Made by a program: the position numbers and the translations under genes
NCBI GenBank assembly: GCA_019242175.1
Contig: JAFAVZ010000007.1
Location: 1 to 41,138 of the forward strand
Direction of reading: 5' to 3'
DNA: 41,138 nt
DNA from: Acidobacteriota bacterium
GTDB lineage: Bacteria; Acidobacteriota; Thermoanaerobaculia; Gp7-AA8
Notes under the pieces: generated by a model
The model's database searches: none
Seen by the model: the letters and a program-made list of their open reading frames with translations, nothing else
Told to the model about the DNA's origin: nothing
In this document: in pieces, positions 8,388 to 16,704 of the stretch
Numbering within the stretch: the stretch's first letter is position 1
Layout: each line of letters starts with the position of its first letter

Positions 8388-9242
8388 TTGCGCACTCCCG
8401 TGCGCCGATCCGCTGTGCTCCTGCTCCTGCTTTGCCTTTCCCTGTCGCTCGTCGCCGCGCCGCATCCTCAGGTTGCGAGCGGCGACGGCGGCGGGGGCTT
8501 CTCCCTTCTGCGCTGGATCTTCGGCTACGGATTCATTCTCCAGATCGCGGCGATCGTCGCGGTCGCGAAGCGCGGCAGCGATCGCTACTGGATCTGGCTC
8601 ATCCTCATCGGCGGCGTGATCGGTGCAGCGGCCTACTTCATCGTCGAAGGCCTGCCGGACTTCAGCCGGATGCGCACCAGCTTCAAGGGTCCGGCGCGGC
8701 GCAGACGCATTCAGGTGCTGCGCGCGATCATTCGCGACAACCCGTCTGCAGGCAATTACGAGGAGCTCGGCGAGCTGCTGTCCGAGGAGAAGAAGTGGAG
8801 CGAGGCGCGCGACGCTTTCGATCATGCGCTCGCGCAGCGAACCGACTCGCTCGATCCGTTCTATCGACGCGGCGTCGCATCGTTCCAACTCGGCGATGAC
8901 GCAGCCGCGGTGCGCGATCTGAAGGTCGTCGTCGAAAAGGATCCGAAGTACGACTACTCGCGTGCGCTATGCATCCTCGCCCAGGCGCAGGCGCGGGGCG
9001 GACACACGCAGGAAGCGAACGAGACGTTCGAGCGCCTGATCCGGACGTCGACCGCCGCCGAGTCGCTTTGCGCCGCCGCGGAGTTCCTCATCGACCAGGG
9101 CCGCTACGCCGAGGCTCGCGAGCTGACGGAGACGATCCTCGCCCGCCGCCTCACGATGCCGCGTTACCAGCAACGTCGCGACCGCAAGTGGATGGCAAAA
9201 GCGAAGCAGCTGCAACGCAAGGCGCTCCCGAAAGCGGCATAA
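8388..9242 (+). CDS. Membrane protein with PLDc_N-like N-terminal domain and TPR-like C-terminal domain
   Basis: It has a TTG start with AGGAG 11 nt upstream. YWIWLILIGGVIGAAAYFIVEGLPDF resembles the PLD-nuclease N-terminal membrane motif. The C-terminal helical repeats look TPR-like. Confidence 0.6.
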   Translation: MRTPVRRSAVLLLLLCLSLSLVAAPHPQVASGDGGGGFSLLRWIFGYGFILQIAAIVAVAKRGSDRYWIWLILIGGVIGAAAYFIVEGLPDFSRMRTSFKGPARRRRIQVLRAIIRDNPSAGNYEELGELLSEEKKWSEARDAFDHALAQRTDSLDPFYRRGVASFQLGDDAAAVRDLKVVVEKDPKYDYSRALCILAQAQARGGHTQEANETFERLIRTSTAAESLCAAAEFLIDQGRYAEARELTETILARRLTMPRYQQRRDRKWMAKAKQLQRKALPKAA

Positions 9243-9250
9243 ACGACCAG

Positions 9251-9344
9251 TTGCTGGTTACTGGTTACTGGTTGCTCGCGCTGCAGAGCTCGAAGCCCGC
9301 GAGGCGCAAGTAACCAGCAACCAGCAACCAGTAACCAGTAACCA
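9251..9344. repeat. Inverted arrays of a tandem heptamer (TGGTTAC/TGGTTGC) forming a long stem-loop; probable bidirectional terminator
   Basis: The left array is ttgctgg ttactgg ttactgg ttgctcg (9251-9278). The right array is gtaacca gcaacca gcaacca gtaacca gtaacca (9310-9344). GGTTACTGGTTACTGGTTGCT (9256-9276) is the perfect reverse complement of 9323-9343. The structure fills the whole spacer between two convergent genes. Confidence 0.85.
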
Positions 9345-9346
9345 CG

Positions 9347-10717
9347 TCAAAACGTGTGTGCGAGCAGCCAGCACAACAGGATCACGACCGGCACGTGGAA
9401 CGCGAGCTGGAGCACGGAGTAGCCGGCGAGGTCGCGCGCTTTCACGCCGAGGATGCCCATCAACGGCAGCATCCAAAAAGGATTGATCAGATTCGGCAGC
9501 GCCTCGGAAGCGTTGTAGATCTGCACCGTCCAGCCGAGGTTCTCGCCCCATTGCCGCGCGGCGCCCATGACGTACGTCGCCTCGACGACCCACTTGCCGC
9601 CGCCTGACGGCACGAACATCCCGAGCACCGCGGAGTAGATCGCGACGACGACGGGGAACGTCTCCTTCGTCGTGATCTTCGTGAACGCCCACTCCAATCC
9701 GTAGGCGATCGAGGTGTTCGAGATCATGCCGAAGATGCCGCCGTAGAACGGGAACTGGATCAACACGCCGGCCGTCGCCGGCACCGACTTGCCGACCGCC
9801 CGCAGGAACGAACGCGGACGCCAATGCAGCAACAGGCCGAGCGCGAGGAAGGCGAAGTTGAAGTTGTTCAGGTCGAGCGCCGCCAGCCCGCCTTTCTCGC
9901 GGAACTGGGTGATGAGGAACCAGAACATGAGCGCGGCGATGAGCACGTTGAGGATCGGGGTCTGCTCGAGCCGCTCGCCGGGCGTCTTCGCTTCGAACTG
10001 CTCGACCTCGACCGGCTCGATGGGGACGCCGAGGTCTTTCGCCGTCTTCGCGTTTGCGGCGTCTGGCGCGGAGAAGTAGGCGATCGCGATCGACATCACG
10101 ATGAGGATCGAGGCGAGGAGGATCGATTGCCAGGTGAAGATCGTCTGCGTCAAGGGGATCACGCCGGTGATCTCCATCAGGCGTGGCGGGATCGAAGACG
10201 GCGTTGCCTGGAGCAATGCGGCGGATGACGAGAGGCCCAGGGCCCAGACGCTGCCGAGGCCGAGGTAGGCGGCGGCGCCGATGGCTCGGTAGTCGACGCG
10301 TTCGATGCGGCGCGTGATCTCGCGAACGAGCAGGCCGGTGAAGATCAGCGAGAGGCCCCAGCTGATCAGCGAGGAGAGCATGGCGAACGCGGCGACGAAC
10401 GCGACCGCACCGCGCGGGGTCTTCGGAATCGAGGCGAGGCGCATGGTGAGCCGCGCGATCGGCGGCGAGCTGGCGACGACGAAGCCGCCGACGATCACCA
10501 GCGCCATCTGCATCGTGAAGTTGACGAGGGACCAGAAGCCCTTGCCGAACTCCGTCACGAGCGACGACGGATGCACGCCGACCGAAACGCCGGCGATGAA
10601 GACGAGCGCGATGGCGCCGAGCGCGAAGACGAAGGCGTCGGGGAAGAAGCGCTCGCATGCGTCGGCGAGGCGCGCGCCGATGCGCGCGAGCGGAGACGGA
10701 CCGTTGCGCATGGGCAA
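9347..10717 (-). CDS. Short-chain fatty acid transporter (AtoE/TIGR00366 family)
   Basis: 456-aa polytopic membrane protein. Its N-terminus (RFFPDAFVFALGAIALVFI...GFWSLVNFTMQMALVIVGG) is typical of AtoE-family proteins. Confidence 0.75.
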   Translation of the reverse strand: MPMRNGPSPLARIGARLADACERFFPDAFVFALGAIALVFIAGVSVGVHPSSLVTEFGKGFWSLVNFTMQMALVIVGGFVVASSPPIARLTMRLASIPKTPRGAVAFVAAFAMLSSLISWGLSLIFTGLLVREITRRIERVDYRAIGAAAYLGLGSVWALGLSSSAALLQATPSSIPPRLMEITGVIPLTQTIFTWQSILLASILIVMSIAIAYFSAPDAANAKTAKDLGVPIEPVEVEQFEAKTPGERLEQTPILNVLIAALMFWFLITQFREKGGLAALDLNNFNFAFLALGLLLHWRPRSFLRAVGKSVPATAGVLIQFPFYGGIFGMISNTSIAYGLEWAFTKITTKETFPVVVAIYSAVLGMFVPSGGGKWVVEATYVMGAARQWGENLGWTVQIYNASEALPNLINPFWMLPLMGILGVKARDLAGYSVLQLAFHVPVVILLCWLLAHTF

Positions 10718-10765
10718 CGATTATGCACCGCAGCCACACTCGAAAAACGACGATAGGAGTGTGCG

Positions 10766-11929
10766 ATGGCGTCTGCGAGTGCAACGGTCGATCATGACGA
10801 GATTCAACGTTGGGTGGAGGAGCGCGGCGGATCGCCGGCGCGCGTCGTAGGACAGGACGTTCTGCGCATCGATTACCCCGGCTACAGCGGCGAAGACACG
10901 CTGGAGACCATCGAGTGGGAAGACTGGTTCCGCGTGTTCGACGAGAGCAATCTCGCGTTCCTGCACGATCACGATTCCGATTCGCGCTTCTCGAAGCTCG
11001 TGTCGCGCGACAACGCCGGCGAGTTGGAAGAGGGCGGTGGCGAGTCGGCCACGACGTCGGGCAAGAGCTCGCGTTCGCGCAAGGCTTCGAGCTCGCGCAA
11101 GGCTTCGAGCTCGCGGAAGAGCGGCGCGTCGTCTTCGCGGAAGGCGGCATCGTCGAAGAAGGCTTCGCGCGGGACGAGCTCCGGGTCTTCGCGCTCGACG
11201 GGCTCCTCGCGCGGGACGGGATCTTCGCGCGGCGCAGGTTCCTCGCGCGGCACCGGTTCCTCGCGTTCCACGGGCGCTTCGCGCGGCACCGGCTCGTCGC
11301 GCGGCACTGGATCTACACGCGGCACTGGATCTTCGCGCGGAACGAGCTCGCGCGGCACGGGAACCTCGAGCAGCACAGGTTCCTCGCGCGGAACGAGCTC
11401 GCGCAGCACCGGTTCCTCGCGCGGCACGGGGTCGTCACGCTCCACGGGTTCCTCGCGCAGTGGATCTACACGCGGCACCGGTTCGTCGCGCTCGACAGGG
11501 TCCTCGCGCAGCACAGGCTCCTCGCGCAGCACGGGATCCTCGGGCAGCTCGACAGGTTCCTCGCGCAGCACAGGCTCCTCGCGCAGCACAGGTTCTTCGC
11601 GTTCCACAGGCTCCTCACGCAGCACGGGCTCCTCGCGCAGCACCGGCTCCTCGCGCGGCACGAGTTCCTCGCGCAGCACCGGCACCGGACGCGGCACGAG
11701 CACGCGTAGCACCGGCGCGAGCACGCGTGGCACGGGCTCCTCGCGCAAAGCAGCCTCCTCGCGCAAAGCAGCCTCCTCGCGTACGGCGGCTCCGTCCCGC
11801 AAGGCGACCACCTCGCGCGGCACGGCATCCTCGCGCGGCGCGGCATCTTCGCGCAAGGGCGCATCCACCCGCGGCATCACCGCGAGCAAATCCACCGGGA
11901 CCTCGAAGAAATCCTCCAAGAGACGCTAA
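10766..11929 (+). CDS. Conserved hypothetical N-terminal domain fused to a roughly 290-aa Arg/Ser-rich (GSSRST/GSSRGT)n low-complexity tail
   Basis: The N-terminus is TVDHDEIQRWVEERGGSPARV...LRIDYPGYSGEDTLETIEWEDWFRVFDESNLAFL...SRFSKLVSRD. I recognise this domain as widespread in uncharacterised bacterial proteins. The rest is hexapeptide repeats. The stop TAA overlaps the next ATG (TAATG). Confidence 0.65.
   Translation: MASASATVDHDEIQRWVEERGGSPARVVGQDVLRIDYPGYSGEDTLETIEWEDWFRVFDESNLAFLHDHDSDSRFSKLVSRDNAGELEEGGGESATTSGKSSRSRKASSSRKASSSRKSGASSSRKAASSKKASRGTSSGSSRSTGSSRGTGSSRGAGSSRGTGSSRSTGASRGTGSSRGTGSTRGTGSSRGTSSRGTGTSSSTGSSRGTSSRSTGSSRGTGSSRSTGSSRSGSTRGTGSSRSTGSSRSTGSSRSTGSSGSSTGSSRSTGSSRSTGSSRSTGSSRSTGSSRSTGSSRGTSSSRSTGTGRGTSTRSTGASTRGTGSSRKAASSRKAASSRTAAPSRKATTSRGTASSRGAASSRKGASTRGITASKSTGTSKKSSKRR
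11045..11926 (+). repeat. Imperfect 18-bp tandem repeat tract encoding the SR-rich tail (boundaries approximate)
   Basis: Units such as ggctcctcgcgcagcaca and ggttcctcgcgcggcacc recur head to tail. Several reading frames on both strands stay open across the tract (track ORFs 10810-11709, 11037-12080, 10969-11919). Confidence 0.8.
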
Positions 11930-13704
11930 TGGCCCAGACCACCGGCGACTTCCTCGTGCAACGTCTCTACGACTGGGGCGTTCGCCGGATCTACGGCTAC
12001 CCGGGCGACGGCATCAATGGCATCCTCGGCGCGCTCGGTCGCGCCGAGGACAAGATCCGGTTCGTGCAGGTGCGGCATGAAGAGATGTCCGCCTTCATGG
12101 CCTGCGCCCACGCAAAGTACACGGGTGAGGTCGGCGTCTGCCTCGCCACCTCGGGCCCGGGTGCGATCCATCTCCTCAACGGCCTGTACGATGCGAAGAC
12201 CGACCATCAGCCGGTCGTCGCCATCGTCGGGCAGTCCGCGCGTTTGGCGATGGGCGGTCACTATCAGCAGGAAGTCGATCTCCACTCGCTCTTCAAAGAC
12301 GTAGCGAGCGAGTACGTGCAGACGGCGATGGCGCCGGGGCAGATCCGCCATCTCATCGACCGCGCGATGCGCATCGCCCAGGCGGAGCGCACCGTCACGG
12401 CCGTCATCATCCCGAACGATTTACAGGAAGAGAAGATGGTCGAGCCGCCACACGCGCATGCGACGGTGCACTCCGGCGTCGGCTTCTCCTCTCCCCGCGT
12501 CATCCCGAGCGACGCCGACCTCCGCCGCGCCGCCGACGTTCTGAACGCTGGCAAGAAGGTCGCGATCCTGGTCGGCATCGGCGCGAAGAACGCCGCCGAC
12601 GAGATCGTCGAAATCGCTGACCTCCTCGGCGCCGGCGTCGCGAAAGCGCTCCTCGGCAAGTCCGTATTGCCAGACGAGCTGCCGTTCGTCACCGGCTCCA
12701 TCGGCCTCCTCGGCACGAAGCCGAGCTACGTGCTGATGAGCGAATGCGACACGCTGCTCATGATCGGCTCGAGCTTTCCCTATCCCGAATTTCTCCCTGA
12801 AGAAGGACAAGCTCGCGGAGTGCAGATCGACATCGATGGGCGGATGCTCTCGATCCGCTATCCGATGGAAGTCAACCTCACCGGCGACAGCGCCGAATCG
12901 CTGCGCGCGTTGATTCCGCTGCTGGAGCGCAAGACCGATCGCAGCTGGCGCGAGCAGATCGAGAAAGAGATCGGCGAGTGGTGGCAGGTGATGCACGACC
13001 GCGCGATGAACGAGGCGAATCCCATCAACCCGCAGCGCGTGTTCTGGGAGCTCTCGCCGCGTCTGCCGGAAAACTGCATCCTCGCCGCCGACTCCGGCTC
13101 CGTCGCGAGCTGGTACGCGCGCGATTTGAAGTTCCGGCGCGGTATGCTCGGCTCGCTCAGCGGCAGCCTGGCGACGATGGGTCCGGGCGTGCCGTACGTC
13201 ATCGCCGCGAAGTTCGCGTTCCCGGAGCGCGTGGCCATCGCCTGCATCGGTGACGGCGCGTTCCAGATGAACGGCATGAACGAGTTGTTGACCATCGAGA
13301 AGTACTGGCGCGAGTGGAGCGATCCGCGCCTCGTGATCTGCGTGCTGAACAACAGCGACCTGAACATGGTCACGTGGGAGCAACGCGTGATGGCCGGCGA
13401 TCCGAAGTTCGACGCATCGCAAGTTCTGCCGCCCTTCGGCTACGCCGCCTACGCCCAATCCCTCGGCTTCCTCGGCATCAAAGTCGACAAGCCGGAGGCG
13501 ATCGCGTCGGCATGGGACCAGGCGCTTTCCGCCGATCGGCCGTCGCTGCTGGAGTTCGTGACCGATCCGGAAGTGCCGCCGCTTCCCCCGCACATCACGT
13601 TCGAGCAGGCGAAGGCGTTCTCGTCGTCGCTGCTGCGCGATCCGAGCCGCGTGCAGATGCTGAAGCAATCGATCAAGGAAATGTTCGACTCGTTCCGCCG
13701 GTGA
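11929..13704 (+). CDS. Thiamine-diphosphate-dependent enzyme, pyruvate oxidase / pyruvate:quinone dehydrogenase (PoxB)-like
   Basis: The N-terminus is GDFLVQRLYDWGVRRIYGYPGDGINGIL...VRHEEMSAFMACAHAKYTGEVGVCLATSGPGAIHLLNGLYDA. The ThDP motif is IGDGAFQMNGMNELLT...NNSDLN. Confidence 0.8.
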   Translation: MAQTTGDFLVQRLYDWGVRRIYGYPGDGINGILGALGRAEDKIRFVQVRHEEMSAFMACAHAKYTGEVGVCLATSGPGAIHLLNGLYDAKTDHQPVVAIVGQSARLAMGGHYQQEVDLHSLFKDVASEYVQTAMAPGQIRHLIDRAMRIAQAERTVTAVIIPNDLQEEKMVEPPHAHATVHSGVGFSSPRVIPSDADLRRAADVLNAGKKVAILVGIGAKNAADEIVEIADLLGAGVAKALLGKSVLPDELPFVTGSIGLLGTKPSYVLMSECDTLLMIGSSFPYPEFLPEEGQARGVQIDIDGRMLSIRYPMEVNLTGDSAESLRALIPLLERKTDRSWREQIEKEIGEWWQVMHDRAMNEANPINPQRVFWELSPRLPENCILAADSGSVASWYARDLKFRRGMLGSLSGSLATMGPGVPYVIAAKFAFPERVAIACIGDGAFQMNGMNELLTIEKYWREWSDPRLVICVLNNSDLNMVTWEQRVMAGDPKFDASQVLPPFGYAAYAQSLGFLGIKVDKPEAIASAWDQALSADRPSLLEFVTDPEVPPLPPHITFEQAKAFSSSLLRDPSRVQMLKQSIKEMFDSFRR

Positions 13705-13734
13705 TGCTGTAACGAAAGAAGCTCATCCGTCACT

Positions 13735-13756
13735 AAACCTCCATCCAAGGAGGTTT
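13735..13756 (+). promoter_or_regulatory. Hairpin pairing an anti-SD (AAACCTCC) with the Shine-Dalgarno (GGAGGTTT) of the downstream lipoprotein gene
   Basis: aaacctcc-atccaa-ggaggttt is a perfect 8-bp stem with a 6-nt loop. It ends 2 nt before the ATG at 13759. Confidence 0.5.
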
Positions 13757-13758
13757 GT

Positions 13759-16704
13759 ATGAGGATGGTTTCCCGAACGTTGCTCGCCCTGGCGCTGCTG
13801 GCCGCTGCCGGATGCGCCTCGAGCGGAGCGAATCGCGGCAGCGGGCGCCCGACCCGCGTCGCCGCCACCGGCCTCACGGCCATGGACAGCGGTGGCCGCC
13901 CCGTCTCGCAGTTGGAGAGCGGCTCGTCGTTGGAGTTGCGGCTCGACGGATTGCGTCCCGCGACCGAATACGAAGTGCGCCTGACGCTCGATGACGATCC
14001 GAAGACGCTCGTCTCGTACGCGCGGCTCACGACCGATCGGCGCGGCGCGATTCCGCAGTTCGTGCTTTGGTACCAGTCGGGCGTCATCGGCTGCGCCACG
14101 CGCCGGGCCGACGAACGGCGCCCGATCAAGTTCCGCTCGTTCGACGAAGCGGAGAAGGCGCTCGCAGGACGGATGCTGCGCGTGGTCGCCGAGCCGTCGC
14201 CGGACGAGCGCATCGAGCGCACGCCGCGCGACCGTTTCGAGCTCGCCTTGCCGATCCGTCCGCGCAAGAGCGCGCTCATCTATCCGGCGGACAAGAGCGG
14301 CTGCCTCGTGAACGCGCTCGAGGCGCAGAACGGCGGCGATCTCTTCATCGCCGGCCGCAATTTCACGCCCGGCGACACGCTCGACGTCTCGGTCGTCGCG
14401 AATCAGCGCTCGTGGTTCGCCGGCGATCTCGTCACCGACGTCACCGGCGCGGGCTTCGCCTCGGCGCCGAAGCGCGTGACCGTCGGAAGCGACGGACGCT
14501 TTCTCGTCCGCGCGTGGGACGCGCCGAATCAGCAGCGCGGCACGTACGATCTCATCGCGCAGAAAGTCACCGGCCGCGTCGCCGATCTGCAGCACGTCGA
14601 CGTGAAGGACATCATCAGCTTCGGCTCCGACACCGGCCTCATTCTCTATCTGCTCTATCCGCCGGGCGGGCCGCAGCAGGATCTCGCCGGCCGCCCGCTC
14701 TCCGGCTTCCCCTACTTCGAATATGCCGACTCGTTCGCGGACTCGGACGATACGGTGTGGGCGGCGGTCGATCCGACGTACGTGCCGCCGAATCATCCGG
14801 GCGGGCAGTACGCCGGCTTCATCGTCGTGAATCATCGCACCGTGCCGGGCTGGGATCCGAACCAGGGCGGCTCGAATGCGATCGCCGACATCTCGCTCAA
14901 CAATCACGTCGAGGTGATGCCAGTGAAGGGCGGCTGCATCAACGTCTCCGAGACGCAGATCTGGCCCGCGCCGGTGCCGAAGGGCGAGTACGACGTCGTG
15001 GTCGACTTCGGCGCGCAGCCGGCGAACACGCAGGCCGCGTGGCAGGGCGATGGCACGTACGACGCCGCGCTCGACTTCCTCGACGGCGCGATCCAGAAAG
15101 GCTTCGTGGTGACGGAGGATCCGTGGGCGGTGGGAGCGACGCCGATCGGCCAGGCGAGCTACTCGTTCGACGACTTCTTCCCGTCGATGGGCGACCCCAA
15201 CACCGGGCCGAAGAACATCGACCTGCGCGCGGTCGTGCGCTATCCGGCGACGGCGTCCGGCCTGAACACGCCGGTGGCGCCGGGCGCGCATCCGTTGTTC
15301 GTGATCGAGCACGGCAACCACGGCTTCTGCCGCGTCTGCACGGACAACACGCTGTACTACGACCGGCAGAGACAGAAGGCGCTGGGACAGATCACCGTGG
15401 CGCAGTTCAACGCGATCTGCAGCGTGTACACGCACGCGACGTGTCCGGACCGGACGAAGAACCACGAAGGCTACATGCACCTGCTGGACGATCTGGCCAG
15501 CCACGGCATCATCGCCGTGTCGATCGACGCGTACGACATGACCGGTCCCGTCTCGTCGTGGATCAGCGAACGCGCGGATCTCATCCTGAAGCATCTCGAG
15601 ATGTGGTCGCATCTCGACGACGCGGCGCAGTTCCCGACGTATCCCGATCCATTCGCCGGCCTGTTTCACAATCACGTCGACCTGACGAAGATCTCGGTCT
15701 CCGGCCACTCGCGCGGCGGCGAGGCCTCCGTCGTGGCGTACCAGCACAACGCGCAGTTGCCGAGCCCGTTCTCCATCAACTCCGTCTCCTCCATCGCCCC
15801 GGTCGACAACCTCGGCGCCACGCTTCCGGGCGTGCCGTACTTCGTGATCCTGCCCGCCGCGGATGGCGACGTGCAGGATCTCAGCGGCGCGCGCATCTAT
15901 GACCGTGCCGGCACGACGGTGAACGGCAACACGACGAAGAGCGGCATCTGGGTCTACGGCGCGAATCACAACTTCTTCAATACCGTGTGGGCCGCGGATT
16001 GGGACGACTACAGCGACTCGCACATGGCCTGGCCGCCGCGGCCCGACTTCATCCCCGCCGCGGACCAGCAGAAGCTCGGCGAGGCGCATCTCGCCGCATT
16101 CACCCGCACCTACCTCAACAACGAGACGGTGTATGAAGACATGCAGCGCGGCCGGCTCACGTTTCCGTCGACGGCCGGCCGCAAGGCGTACGCTTTCCGC
16201 CACGAGACGCAGCATTCGACGCTCGACGCCGGCAACGGCGGAGGCGGCGTAGCCAGCGGCGGCTCGGTCTTCGCCTCGGTGCAAGCCACCACGCCGCATC
16301 AAACGCTGGTCACGCGCCTCGGCTGGCCCAGCGGCACCGCGCAATACACCTACACCGTCCCTCCCGCGCAACGCGACACGACCGGCAACGAAGTGCTCTC
16401 GTTCCGCGTCGCGCAGACGAACGCCGCATCGAATCCGGCGGCGGGCAATCAGGACTTTCTCGTGGAGCTCGTCGGCGGTGGGAAGACGATCGGCACGTGG
16501 TCCGGACGCTTCTTCGCCATCCCCAAACCGTACGCGCATCCGGGCAGCATCAAGAACGTGATGACGACCGTGCGCATCCCGCTCCATTCCTTCATCGTCA
16601 ACAACTCGGGACTGACCCTGGACAACGTGGACACGATCCGTTTCCGCTTCCTCAGCCCGACGACAGGAGAGATCTATGTGGACGACGTCGAGTTCTCGCG
16701 CTGA
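13759..16704 (+). CDS. Large lipoprotein with an alpha/beta-hydrolase core (GHSRGG nucleophile elbow) and extra beta-rich domains
   Basis: It has a lipobox (LLALALLAAAGCAS). HPLFVIEHGNHG and VSGHSRGGEAS resemble chlorophyllase / PAF-acetylhydrolase-type serine hydrolases. The C-terminus (IRFRFLSPTTGEIYVDDVEFSR) looks like a carbohydrate-binding or jelly-roll module. Confidence 0.6.
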   Translation: MRMVSRTLLALALLAAAGCASSGANRGSGRPTRVAATGLTAMDSGGRPVSQLESGSSLELRLDGLRPATEYEVRLTLDDDPKTLVSYARLTTDRRGAIPQFVLWYQSGVIGCATRRADERRPIKFRSFDEAEKALAGRMLRVVAEPSPDERIERTPRDRFELALPIRPRKSALIYPADKSGCLVNALEAQNGGDLFIAGRNFTPGDTLDVSVVANQRSWFAGDLVTDVTGAGFASAPKRVTVGSDGRFLVRAWDAPNQQRGTYDLIAQKVTGRVADLQHVDVKDIISFGSDTGLILYLLYPPGGPQQDLAGRPLSGFPYFEYADSFADSDDTVWAAVDPTYVPPNHPGGQYAGFIVVNHRTVPGWDPNQGGSNAIADISLNNHVEVMPVKGGCINVSETQIWPAPVPKGEYDVVVDFGAQPANTQAAWQGDGTYDAALDFLDGAIQKGFVVTEDPWAVGATPIGQASYSFDDFFPSMGDPNTGPKNIDLRAVVRYPATASGLNTPVAPGAHPLFVIEHGNHGFCRVCTDNTLYYDRQRQKALGQITVAQFNAICSVYTHATCPDRTKNHEGYMHLLDDLASHGIIAVSIDAYDMTGPVSSWISERADLILKHLEMWSHLDDAAQFPTYPDPFAGLFHNHVDLTKISVSGHSRGGEASVVAYQHNAQLPSPFSINSVSSIAPVDNLGATLPGVPYFVILPAADGDVQDLSGARIYDRAGTTVNGNTTKSGIWVYGANHNFFNTVWAADWDDYSDSHMAWPPRPDFIPAADQQKLGEAHLAAFTRTYLNNETVYEDMQRGRLTFPSTAGRKAYAFRHETQHSTLDAGNGGGGVASGGSVFASVQATTPHQTLVTRLGWPSGTAQYTYTVPPAQRDTTGNEVLSFRVAQTNAASNPAAGNQDFLVELVGGGKTIGTWSGRFFAIPKPYAHPGSIKNVMTTVRIPLHSFIVNNSGLTLDNVDTIRFRFLSPTTGEIYVDDVEFSR

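Noticed and set aside
10969-11919. Minus-strand ORF encoding (EEPVLR)n across the 18-bp repeat tract
   Set aside because: The repeat keeps several frames open. Only the plus-strand frame is continuous with a recognisable N-terminal domain, a plausible start, and a TAATG junction to the next gene. This is not formally excluded without expression data.
11045-11926. Possible CRISPR array, because of the regular short repeats
   Set aside because: The units are contiguous 18-mers with no unique spacers. They lie inside a CDS, and no cas genes are present.
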